64,000 bases of DNA, taken from positions 372,001 to 436,000 of the forward strand of contig OZ025664.1 in NCBI GenBank assembly GCA_964019335.1, written 5' to 3'. The position numbers and the translations under genes were made by a program. Source of the stretch: Diplonema japonicum. Its lineage: Eukaryota > Protista > Euglenozoa: Diplonemea. The first letter of the stretch is position 1, and each line of letters opens with the position of its first letter. Positions 38,901 to 49,739 of this stretch are shown here, one piece after another. The notes below the pieces were generated by a model. The model was not told the DNA's origin. It made no database searches and worked only from the letters and a program-made list of their open reading frames with translations.

Positions 38901-41625
38901 TTGTCATGGCCGTTAAGGACACGAGCGCATTACGGACACCCCGACTTCTTTGATGGGTACTGGGCGAGGACAAGAGGAGGGACGTCAAAGGCATCGTTGA
39001 AAGTAAACACCAATGAAGATATCTTCGCGGGGTATGAGATGCTTGGCCGTGGGGAGCGTGGTAGCTATGTGGAGTTCCTCGAGGTTCACAAAGGCCGTGA
39101 GACGGCGTTCCCCAACGCATATGGTTTCGAGGTGAAGCTGGCTCAGGGCGCGGCTCAGCAGATTCGATCGTTAGACATCTACATGCTGAACAGAAAACTC
39201 GACTTGTTCTCAAGATTTTCCCTGTTCTACGGGTCGTTGGCCTTTTACGTGACGAACTTCATCATGGCGATATCCATCAATTACTACATCCTGTCTATAG
39301 TGCTTTTCGCGATGAGCGGGGTCTCATACCATCAGCTTGGGCTGATGGACGCCATCATCGCCATCCCATGGTTGCTGCAGGTGGGCTACGTCCTTGCCAT
39401 CCCTATGATCGTTGAACTCGTTCTGCAGAAGGGTTTCCTTCGTGGAGTGGTGGAGTTCATAGTGACCCTTCCCATTGCCGTCTTCTTCTTCATCTTCCAC
39501 ATGAGGACCAAAACATACTACTTTGGAAAGGGGCTCCTGGTCGGCTCTGGTGGTTATGTGGCGACCGGGCGTGGGTTTGGCTTGGAACGGCAGAACATGA
39601 AGGAGATGTACCAAACGTACTCAGAAAGTCATTTCCTTGAAGGTTTGAAAACAAAAAAAAAGAAAGTGGCAAATAAGAAAAAAAAATAAAGGTTTCCTAA
39701 TCTTGCTCTGTCTCATAATGTACGCGGTGTACGGGTCAGACCCAATTGTCCCTTATTTGGCGAGGGTATGGCGAGATTTTTTTTTTTTTTTATAAAAAGA
39801 AAAGTATAATAACACCACCACACTCACAGACCTTTACAATCATTCTCATCACCATCTCGTGGTTGTGGGCGCCGATCATTTTCAACCCTATGCCCACCAC
39901 GCAGGAGTTGCAGAGCGACCTATCTGCCATGATGGACTGGATATCGACAAAGGTGCGGCACTGCACCGTGGAAGAGGCTGACAAGATGGACAGAGCGCTT
40001 CAAAGCGTTCAGAAAGCACGCGAGCTGACCCTCGAGTACAACATGACAGAGGAGACGACAGAAGAGAAAGACGCTTCAAATGCCAACGAAACGACCGTCA
40101 TCGGGGATGCGGACAGCAGCTCAGGGTACGACTCGGACTCCGGCGGGGCGGTGGGAAGAAACCCCGAGGAGGAGAAAAAAAAATGGTTCGCACTGCTCTA
40201 CCATAACGAACACACATCGTTCACCTGGAAACCTGGCATCAAGAAGAACCCGTTGGTCCCAAACATAGACGCCAGAAAGAAAGAGGTGTTCGTCAGTGTG
40301 GAGGGCCAGGTATTCTAAAAAAAAAGATTTTTTTTTAAACAAATAAACCCTGTTCACAGTGCGACATACCGAATATCGGGTTGGATTTCAAGGAACAGGT
40401 GCTGAAAGAGTTGAAGACCAAAGAGAAACCTACCGACACGGAGCTGGAACAGAAGAACATCATGGTTCTTTCTTTCAAAGACGAAGCAGCTGTTAAAGGG
40501 CTTGGAGATCTTCCAAAAGAGTTCGACCTCGCCGTGGGCAACAACATGCGGGCCAGGGTCAAGGTTGAAACCTTCGCCCAATGGAGCCAGAACCGTATCC
40601 CGTCGTTCAAGAGCTACGAAGAGATGGTGGCGCAATACTGGAAAACGGAGAACGGGAAGCGCAACACGGCAGACGAGTCTTGGAAAGCATGGTACATCCA
40701 GTACGTCGTCTTCAAAATGTGGCAGTCGGAGGACGAACACTCCAAGACCCCAGTCCAGTTTATCAGCACAACCATTATAAAAGTATACCTGTATGCAGAG
40801 TTCTACCTCCCTTGGGTATTGATCTCCTTCGCATTCTGGAACATGGAGTCGCTGTGGCTTGTTATTGTTGGTGTGTTCCTTGCAGGGCTGTTCTACGTCA
40901 TCGACTACAACACCAGAGACAGGCACGACTACCCGCAACTGATCAAGGCCATCACGCTTCTCATGCTGCCGTTTGCTTACATGTACTATAGCACCGCGCT
41001 TATCACCGCGAAGGAACTGTTTTGGTCAGCTGTGTTCTACGTCTTGGGGCTTACCATAATAGCAAGAATCGCAATGGGCGTACGAAACATCGAAGCGAGG
41101 GACGTTGGCGTGGACGCTGAGACTAGTGGAAACAGTATCGAGGATGCTAGGAGGAGCGATGTCACCCGCTTGAACAACAAAGAAGCACGGGAAGCAAAGG
41201 TCTTTTACAAAAGACTGATGATTTGGCCCGGGTGGATCGCCTTCAGGAGCATCACACCGTTCTGCATTATGGTGCTTCTTGCTATCGGGAATTTCCTTGC
41301 AGTTGCGCTGTCTACCTGGCTAACTGCAATGTTGTATAATGGAGCCGTTGCCGAGGCATGGCGAAAAGCGTATTTTTCTTCTTCTTCAGCCACTCCCCCA
41401 CCACCTTCTGACTCTCCTGGACCAAGAGGGTTTTCCAATGTAGTTCTGGAAACAGCGCCGTCGCCCATTGCGCAGGCTACAATCGATGCTGTTAACACAT
41501 CCACAGGGAAAAAAATTAAGAAGAAGGTCAATAGGGGTAAGCAGGCACATGGTGTACGATCGGCACGCAATGTGACAACTATTCAGGAAAGCGACAACAA
41601 TGCGGGTGTTGAGGAGGCTTTCTAA
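32911..41625 (+). CDS. GT48 beta-1,3-glucan (callose/paramylon-type) synthase with N-terminal signal peptide and clan GH-A glycoside hydrolase domain (~2,822 aa); exons 32911-36183, 36232-36405, 36441-39642, 39692-39765, 39830-40309, 40360-41625
   Basis: GT48 motifs: MPSFTTIVPIYNE, WASMRGQTLARTIKG, GEGKAENQ.HA..FARG..LQAMDMNQ, HYGHPDFFD, TRGGTSKAS, NEDIFAG, YVATGRGF, SHFLEG, SWLWAPIIFNP, plus many TM helices. N-terminal TIM-barrel motifs: KGIGYSP, RDVPIIANMGANVIRTW, IGNELN, FTEYG, GGVIMEYVDEWWK. Five GT-AG introns (36184-36231, 36406-36440, 39643-39691, 39766-39829, 40310-40359) join five ORF-track pieces in frame. Confidence 0.9.
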
Positions 41626-41896
41626 GCATCTCATCCCCTTCCCCCCCCCCCACCCCCTATGGTTCTTCACAATATTGCAAGAAAATGGGGGGAAAAAAGG
41701 GGGGTTTTTTTCTTTCTTTCCCTTCCCTGACGAAAGAAAAGAAGGAAGGGAAAAAAAAAAAAAAAGAAAGAAAGAAAAAAAAAAGAAACTTCTTCTTCTT
41801 CCCGCCCACCCTTCTTCCCGCCACACGGGCTTTTACTAGCGTCGTGAAGGCTTACTGTTTCTCGCTCCTGAATAAGAAAGAAGACAATAAAAAAAA

Positions 41897-41928
<32 letters not shown>

Positions 41929-42582
41929 AAAAAACCCCCCAAGAAAAAATAAATCGTCCGACAGAACTGTTCTGTGAAGCAGGCAGACAGAGAGAGGGAG
42001 GGGAAACAAATGTACTTTCCCGCAACTTTGAGAGGGGGAGAAAAAAAAAAAGAAAGATAGGATAAAAGGAAGAATACATTCACCATTGTTCTTCCTTTTT
42101 TTTTTTTCTTTCTTTCCCCCTCTCTCCCGTGTTCTCTCTTCTTTTTTTATTTTTTTCGATTTTTTTTTCTCTCTCCATATCTCTCTTCAACCTCCACCCT
42201 TTTTTTTTTGCAAGAAACGAGTTTTTGACTTTTCTAAACAAAAGGGGAATGCTATCAACGTGTTTACGGGTTATGAACTTATCCAGGTTTCTACCCGGGC
42301 ACATACGCACACCAGCCAGTTTCTCTGTTCGTTCACCTCCAGCGCGAAGGTCACAGGGGAAAATTCGGGGGAAACCATTTTTTTCCAACGAAAGTATATT
42401 TTCCATAACACAAACTGTTTTTTTTTTGAGAGGGGGGAAAAAAAAAAAGCAAAATAAAAAAGGGGGGAGAAGGTGTTGGCCTTCTGTGCTTATTTCCCCC
42501 CCCCCCCATACCCCCCTTTTCTAACTCGCAACTTTTTAAAAAGAACCATTTTTTTTAAAAAAAGTGTTGGAAGAAGAAAAAA

Positions 42583-43344
42583 ATGCGATACACATGTGAA
42601 GAGGAACGCAAGGCCGTGGAAAACGACGAAAAACTGAGACTGCTGAAAAAAGGGGAAAGCACGTGGGGGAACGTGATAAAAGAGTTGGAAGACACCGCGA
42701 GAGGCGAGACAGAGAGGGAAATGGACAGGCTCAGACACCCATTGAGCGTCATCGATTTCATTAACATACAAGAAAACGACAAAATACTGGACCTGGGTGC
42801 AGGGAACCTGTATTGGGAAACACTGTTCAAGCAAATAACAAACAAGGCGATCACAGCCATGAACCCCTGGGAATGGGAAGAAGAAGAAGAAGAACAAGAA
42901 GCTGAAACCTGTCCACAAGTTCAAAGACATTTTGCTCACTTTGAAGACCCCGCACCAAGCCACGCCTCTGGAGATTTTGACATCGTCTTTAGCTTCAACA
43001 CGTACCACGACACAGTAAGCATGGTCCGTGCAAACCGCTCAAAGATGAACAAAAGAATTTTCGATTTGCTTGCACCTGGAGGGTGCTATGTGATTGCCGA
43101 CCACTCTGCGGTGAGCAACACGGGAATTCGGCATGCTGCTGATGGGCTTCACCGTATTGATGAAGCCTTAGTTGTTGAAGAGGTTGAAGCTGCCGGTTTC
43201 GCTCTTGTTTCAAGGTGCTCATTTCTCAGATGCTCTTTGGACGAACGCGTGTACTCTGGGTGGGTCCCCGCAGGGCAACCTCGCACAGACCGCTTCCTTC
43301 TAAAATTCGTCAAGAGTCCGGAAGAAAAAAAAGTGGATTTATAA
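42583..43344 (+). CDS. Class I SAM-dependent methyltransferase, bacterial COG4798-like
   Basis: DRLRHPLSVIDF, ILDLGAGNLYW (motif I), FDIVFSFNTYHD, LLAPGGCYVIADHSA, LHRIDEALVVEEVEAAGF, RTDRFLLKFVK. Confidence 0.85.
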   Translation: MRYTCEEERKAVENDEKLRLLKKGESTWGNVIKELEDTARGETEREMDRLRHPLSVIDFINIQENDKILDLGAGNLYWETLFKQITNKAITAMNPWEWEEEEEEQEAETCPQVQRHFAHFEDPAPSHASGDFDIVFSFNTYHDTVSMVRANRSKMNKRIFDLLAPGGCYVIADHSAVSNTGIRHAADGLHRIDEALVVEEVEAAGFALVSRCSFLRCSLDERVYSGWVPAGQPRTDRFLLKFVKSPEEKKVDL

Positions 43345-44278
43345 TGAGGGGTCGCATTGGTGCGGTTCTTCACAAACACGTCAATGCAGCCCGACTTTTT
43401 TTTTTTTTTTTTTTTGGAGAGTGCAATATGGTAATAAAAGATTTGAATTTTCTTTTTCACGTACAAACAACGGCCAGTTCCTCTTTTTTTTTTTTTTTAT
43501 TTATTTATATCTCTCTCCTTGTTACTACCGTGTTTTGGAAGGAACAACAAAAAAAAAAGAAGAGAAAAAGAGAGAAAAAAAAAGAGAAAAAAACGTGTTC
43601 TACCGGTATAATGCTGAAATTTCAAAAAAAAAAAAAAAAATGGTCTTTTTTTCTTTTTCTTTTTCTTTTTTTCTTTATCTGTTCAAAGCGTACTGAAAAA
43701 ATTAAATCCCCTCTAAAAGGCACTGAGCATCTTGGCACAGAGGGGAGGGCTCAGAGGTATATTTCAGTAGTTTTTTTTTTCTTCTTTTTTTCTTTTACTA
43801 ATAGACTGTAATACTACCCTCTCTCTTCTCATTCGCATCAACGGAACCAATCAGATTGGCCCGGGAGAGCTGGCCTCCCCACGTCTGCGACTGCGGGTTG
43901 ATGAGGTCACTAGCTACTACCGGGACCGTGATGACGGTGAAGTTATAGTTCCGATTGAGGGAAGCCCGCCTTCCCACCAACGCCAAACCGAGGGTGCATA
44001 CATTCTTTTCTTTTTTCTGTTCTCTTTTTTGTCAACTCTATCTCTTTCCTACAAAGGGAATGTGCGCAAGATTACATTTTTACAATTTGTCAACCTGGCT
44101 TCTTCTTCTTTTTTTTTTTTTAATTTTGCACACAACATCCCCTCTTTTAAGTTTTTTTTTCCCCACTTTTATCCACCCCTTACCCCTCCCCTCGTTTTTT
44201 TTTTTTTTTTCCTTTTTGCGTGAGCACTGTTCTTTCAAATGCTAAAACACACAGGAGGGAGGGGGAAGGGAGAGCAGG

Positions 44279-44316
<38 letters not shown>

Positions 44317-46538
44317 ATGACAGAGGTAGGCCCGGTAAGGGACCACCGCAAGGGCAGCATCAGCAGAGAAGGCGGGGAAGGGTTCGTCTCTCTCCGTAAG
44401 GGCGACGAAAACGTCAAAGCTGCCGTGGAACTATTGAACGATCAAAACGAAGGCCAGAAGAGAGAAATAGGAACCCCAGCACTTTGGACAGACGGCTTCC
44501 AGGAGGTCATCATCCCCCCCAACCCCGGTAAAAAACGCTCTTCTGAAGAGCTCCTTGTTTTTGCCGACTCAGCCGTCGTGCAAAGTAACGCGCAAAACAC
44601 GATCTTCAACCCAACAGAACTGTCGTTGGAACATTTACTCGGACCGCCTGGCAGCCCTCATGCAACGATGGGGCACTCCGACGATTTATTTTTCGAGTAC
44701 ACCATTTTGAAGAAGAAGCTGATCGAGGAGACGGCCACCGCCAAAACCCTAAAGGACAAAAACTATTTTCTCCTCTTAAAGGTCAAGGCCAAGGACGAGC
44801 AGATTCAAAGCATAAAGGAAAGCCTGAGATCGCGCACCAAAACACTGCAGGAAACAATGGCAGAACTCACATCCGTGAAATCAGCACGGGACCAACTGGG
44901 GAAGAAGGTCGCTTTGATGGAAGCGCATCAAATGCAGTTGGAGTACGAGAAGTACAAATTGCAAACAACCGCTTCCGCGACAAAAACAACTGAAGACGAT
45001 AATGTCGTCCACAGCAGAGGGGTGGAGAAGGCAAAACTGCTTCTGGCACACCAGATCTTCAAGCAGCAGAGCGACAGAAAAGTCGAAGCGTTAAGAATAA
45101 AGAACATCAAAACGAAAAAAGACTTCAGAAGACGGCTACAAGTGCTTGAAACCATTTGCATGGAATACGAGGATGAGTACAATTCCGACACACTCCACTC
45201 CCTCATGAACACTTTGCGCTTCGGGAAATACCAGCAAGATCGCGAGGCACGTGCTAATGTCGGCCGTGATTTGCGTTTCAACGACAGAGTACAGTTCACC
45301 GCCCCTGACGATTCCCATGTTAAAGCGCTCACCGAGCGGTCGGACTACGCGCTTCTCATCACCAAGGTGAAGGAAGAACTGGGGGAGCCTACCAAGGAGA
45401 TCAAGTTGCTTTTCGACCGGTCCCTCCAAACCCTTTGGCTGCTCTTCAATGAGAAATCTTCACGCCTTTCAGGCGGGGGAAGCCACGCGAGCGCGAAACC
45501 GTTCAGAAAGCTGTTTGAAGAGTTTTACAAAACAATCGAACAATCTTTGCTGAAGTCCAAGGTAGGTGAATGGGGTGCTTTTTTTCTTTTTTTTTTTCCA
45601 AAAAAAAAAAAAAAAAACGAAAAATCACACAGCAAATCATCGCGGAGTTCTCCAGACGGTGCAACGCGTTTGCCAAGGCGTTGTGCACAAAGGAGAAGGA
45701 GGTATCTCCCTCTTTTTAACTCAACTCCTTTTTCTTTGAATTTTTTTTTAATCAGGTCGCGGAAGTAATCCGCACCACGAGATACAGCACCTGTGACAAG
45801 GAGATAGAGGTGAACATCAGACCGCCGACACCAGCAGAGATATACGACTTACGCCACGAAGTAACAATGTACCAGAAGCGGTTGAAACTCTTGAACCAGG
45901 AATCGGCGGAAAAGGAACACGCCATGGAGCTGCGGGCCACCAAAGCGGAAAGCAGCTTGGAGTACTTACAACGGCACATCCTGAGCCTGCACCGGTCTCT
46001 GTTCAACACACTTCACCTGGTGTACAAACACCGGTTCAGGTGGACCCCAAGACTCCCAGACCCCATGAGGACCTTAAGGATACCTGAAGCAAAGGACCGA
46101 ACGAAGGCAATGGAAGTTGGTTTTAACATGAAACTGGGCGAGCTGCTACAGTCTGATAATGAGTACATGGAGGAGTTTGGGAACTACATGATTTCCGAAG
46201 ATTTTGGTGCGAATGCTGTCGAGAAGCGACGCCGGGTAGACGACGATGAACCTACTAAGCTACCGAAGGCTCCTGGCGGGTTTGCTACGTCAAGCAGCAA
46301 CACACGGTCCAGGAGGCTCTCCGAGGTAACAGAGAGGAAGTCGTCCCTACCCTCGTTCGCACAGCCCATTGGGAACGTGAAGGGAAAGCCGAACAAACCT
46401 CGGTATCTCCCCTTCCCCCACGATGTAGAGACCACGAAAGAATCTTTGAAGGTCACCCCCGACCCCGACCCCTCCACAACCGGAGCAATGCGACGCGCCG
46501 ACACATGTCGTGCCTTCCCTTCCCGGAACTCCGTTTAA
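44317..46538 (+). CDS. Coiled-coil hypothetical protein (~698 aa); exons 44317-45561, 45633-45701, 45756-46538
   Basis: ATG at 44317 after a polyA leader. Heptad-rich segments. Introns 45562-45632 (GTAGGT...ACAG) and 45702-45755 (GTATCT...TCAG) join ORFs 44239-45768 and 45810-46538 in frame. Confidence 0.75.
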
Positions 46539-46693
46539 AAGGAAGGAGAACAAAAAAAAAAAAAATCTATTTACATAGATTCTTTCCGCATCCACCTTAA
46601 TCTTTTTTATTTTTTTATTTTTTATATTTGTTTTACAGTCGGGGAACAACAAAACAGGAGTAAAAAAGGGAGAAGGAAGAAATAAAATATTAG

Positions 46694-47224
46694 ATGAACA
46701 GCACCGACGAGTGGTTAGACAGCAGGCGGAAAGAAGGGCCGGGGGATGGTGTGGAGATAGGGAAATATGCAACATGGGCGGTGAGCACCGCGAAGCATGG
46801 GAACGGGGTGCACCAGCTTCGGGATGGTAACGAGGGGACGTTCTGGCAGAGTGATGGGACGCAGCCACATCTGATAGATGTGCAGTGGAATAAGACAATG
46901 AAAGTAACTTGCATAGGCCTGTGCCTGGAGTACAGCATAGACGAGAGCTACACACCTAAGAAAATCATATTGCGCGCAGGGAACACTTACCATGACCTCC
47001 AGGACATAAGCACCCATGACCTGACGGAGCCAGAGGGTTGGATCTGGCTCCCCACCACCCACGGCGGGCACTGCACCTACGCCTCCTTAGTGCAGATCGC
47101 CATACAAGAGAACCACCAAAACGGCCGCGACACACACATAAGACAAGTCAAGGTGATGGGCCCGCCACTCGGTCTTGACTCCTTCTCGACTCTTGAACTC
47201 AGTCAGCACGCTACACTGCGTTGA
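46694..47224 (+). CDS. APC10: Anaphase-promoting complex subunit 10 (APC10/DOC1)
   Basis: EIGKYATWAVSTAKHGNGVHQLRD..TFWQSDGTQPHLIDVQ, DESYTPKKI, QIAIQENHQNGRDTHIRQVKV, and a C-terminal LR tail. Confidence 0.95.
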   Translation: MNSTDEWLDSRRKEGPGDGVEIGKYATWAVSTAKHGNGVHQLRDGNEGTFWQSDGTQPHLIDVQWNKTMKVTCIGLCLEYSIDESYTPKKIILRAGNTYHDLQDISTHDLTEPEGWIWLPTTHGGHCTYASLVQIAIQENHQNGRDTHIRQVKVMGPPLGLDSFSTLELSQHATLR

Positions 47225-47359
47225 GTGGCTGTCATTAGATTCTTGCTTTGTAGATGTTTAATATCTTTATTTTTTTTCTTATTTGTAAAACGGAGAAGGG
47301 AAAAAAAAGAAAGAGAACGAAAAGAAACCCATCTTCAGGGGCAGGGGAGGGACGGCACG

Positions 47360-49567
47360 ATGCCCTATAGTAACACCTGGACCAATGTCCCAGCGTCCCT
47401 TCCAAGGAGGAACAGCGTCAGTCGCTCACGTCAGTCTATGAGCAGCTATAGCCCTGAGGTGAAGTCTTCGCTTGAGGTCATTCACAAGTATCTGAGCGGA
47501 GAGCGGCTGGTACCCGAATTGAACAACTGGGAGAACAGAGGTAGAGGCGGTGCGCCACATGACGTAATGAAACTAGACGAGTCGCAAGGGAGTGCTGCGA
47601 GCCTTGGGTTGCAAGGGAAGACACTAGACTTCAACAGCCTAGCTTCGACGAGCCCGAACCCGCAGATGGCGGGGCACAATAGCTCTTTCCGGAGCATTTC
47701 CCCCGCAAGGGGCAAACTAGCGGCACAGTATCTCACCTCGCAGCCACAACCTCTCCAGCCGCACCCACAGCCCGTGCCTCAGCCCCAGCTTGTTGCCCCC
47801 GTGCAGCCAGCGACTGCGCAGCAGCAGCAGCAGCTACGACCTGTCTCCCCCAACAGCGTATTCTCTAGTAACGTACACCACCCACCGGTACACACCTTCC
47901 ACTCCCGCCTCTACACCACGCTTACCCTTACAGACATTGTTAACTTCCTTCGCTGGCACTACTCCATCGACAAAGCTGAAGAGGAAGCGCAGCTCCGACG
48001 GGGTGAGGGCATTTCCACCCTCTCAGAAGAGGACATCATCTCCCTCACATCGTGCTTCACGGAGGAGCTCCTTCAGGACAAGCGGACTGGGAACTTCTCG
48101 TACATGTCACAAGAAGCACCCAGTGATTTACTCGAGGCACCCCAGCAGGCTTATCAGCAACTTCAACCAGTGCAGCCACAGCAGTACGCGCAGTCACCAA
48201 CACCGCAGCCACAACCGCTGCCACAACAGGCAAAACCGCAACCACAGCAGCGTGAACAGCAACAACAACAACAACAGCAACCAGAGCTGTACCCTACACA
48301 GTCATCAATGCCTGCCTCCCAGCCTGAGGCACCAGCATCGGCAGCACGTTCGAATACGGGGGCATCCGTTGCACAGTCACAGCCCCCTGACTCTACTCCC
48401 TCCAAGCCAGCATCTCAGCAGGCACCTGAGCCTGTTGTTCAACTGCAGCCCGTGCGGTACCCCGTTCGCCAACACGTAGCCCCTACTCCACCGGTGCCCC
48501 CTGCTACACTGCAGGAACCGAAACATGTGGCCAGAAGAGCCAGCGACACCGACCTTGGCACCAACCCTACTGTCACTCAGCCCATGCATCCCCCCAGCAT
48601 CTCGATCCCTTCTTCTCTATCGCAGGAAGACGGTGCATCGACACCAGACCCGACGCCCGTGCACGGACCCAGCAGCCTCCCGACGAAGGCACGGGCGACT
48701 CCGCCTAGTGTTGTCACCCCGAGGTCTCGTTCCTCGTCCTTAAGGAGGAGCTGCAGCCTTCCCACGACACCCAAAGGCAGTACTGTGCCGTTGACGCCGA
48801 AAATGGCAAGGTCGCCCTCGAACCCAGCACAACTGACTCCAAAGGGGCATCACTCCCCTCACGCCCCCTTTCCACATCCGCAACCTAAAGGCAGCCCTAG
48901 CCCTCCGAGAAGGTCGCCTACTCTTGGGTCCACGTACTCGTCGTTGCCTCTGCCGCCACATCCGCAGGACGCACAACAGGCACAGATGGCTCCACAACAT
49001 GGTCTACCACCTCAGGCACCGACTGCACCTCCGAGGACTCAGACTCCTAGTGCCCAGACTGACTCTCAAGTATGAATATGAAGACGCAATCATTCACTTT
49101 CATTAGCAGGAAATCGCATTGCTGCGACCTAGACTAGGTGAGCTGCAGGTGATAAAGTTCCACAACACCACTCGCGGCAGGGACGTCAGGTGGCTGGTAT
49201 GAAATTGTCACCCCTCAACATACTGCCAATACAGAGCATCGATGAGAAGAATGATAACTTCCTGGTCTCACGGCGGTTCCCCCCCAGCATGAGTGACGGA
49301 TCGACAAAGGCTTGCAGCCTGAGATCTCTCAGACACTTCGAGACAGGCGCCAAGGACAGATCATGGAATGGACACCGGGCAGGTGGCAACACATTGAAAG
49401 GCTTGGCGTCGGGTGAAAAACTGAGTGCGGATAATTGCTTCTCCCTGTCTTTCGGGAGCATCTCGTTCAACTTTTATTGCGGGGAATCTGTCACTTCATC
49501 TGGCAAACGCGCTCTGTGGATGCGATTCTTCCAGCTGCTGGCCCACTTCAACACAACAGGGCAGTAA
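47360..49567 (+). CDS. Pro/Gln/Ser-rich disordered protein with C-terminal PH-like domain (~710 aa); exons 47360-49069, 49107-49196, 49235-49567
   Basis: Introns 49070-49106 (GTATGA...TTAG; alternative CAG at 49109) and 49197-49234 (GTATGA...ACAG) bypass two GTA-TGA stops. They yield LQVIKFHNTTRGRDVRWL|SIDEKNDNFLVS...NCFSLSFGSISFNFYC...KRALWMRFFQLL, a PH-fold pattern with the terminal Trp helix. Confidence 0.72.
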
Positions 49568-49739
49568 GGAACACGTCGGTATTGTTATAGTTAATTAGAT
49601 CAAAGCTAGATAGAATTTTTTTTCTTCTCCTCTGTTCCCCTTTTCATCTAGAATGATGTTCATGTACCCATCCCATTGTGTGACTAGGACCTTCTGATTT
49701 TTCAACCCGTTTACACTGATCGCATCACAGGGGATCACA

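Noticed and set aside
36184-45755. Both introns of length 3n (48 and 54 nt) contain in-frame stops, suggesting selection for NMD visibility
   Set aside because: Ascertainment bias: I could only detect frame-disrupting introns, and homopolymer lengths may be inaccurate.
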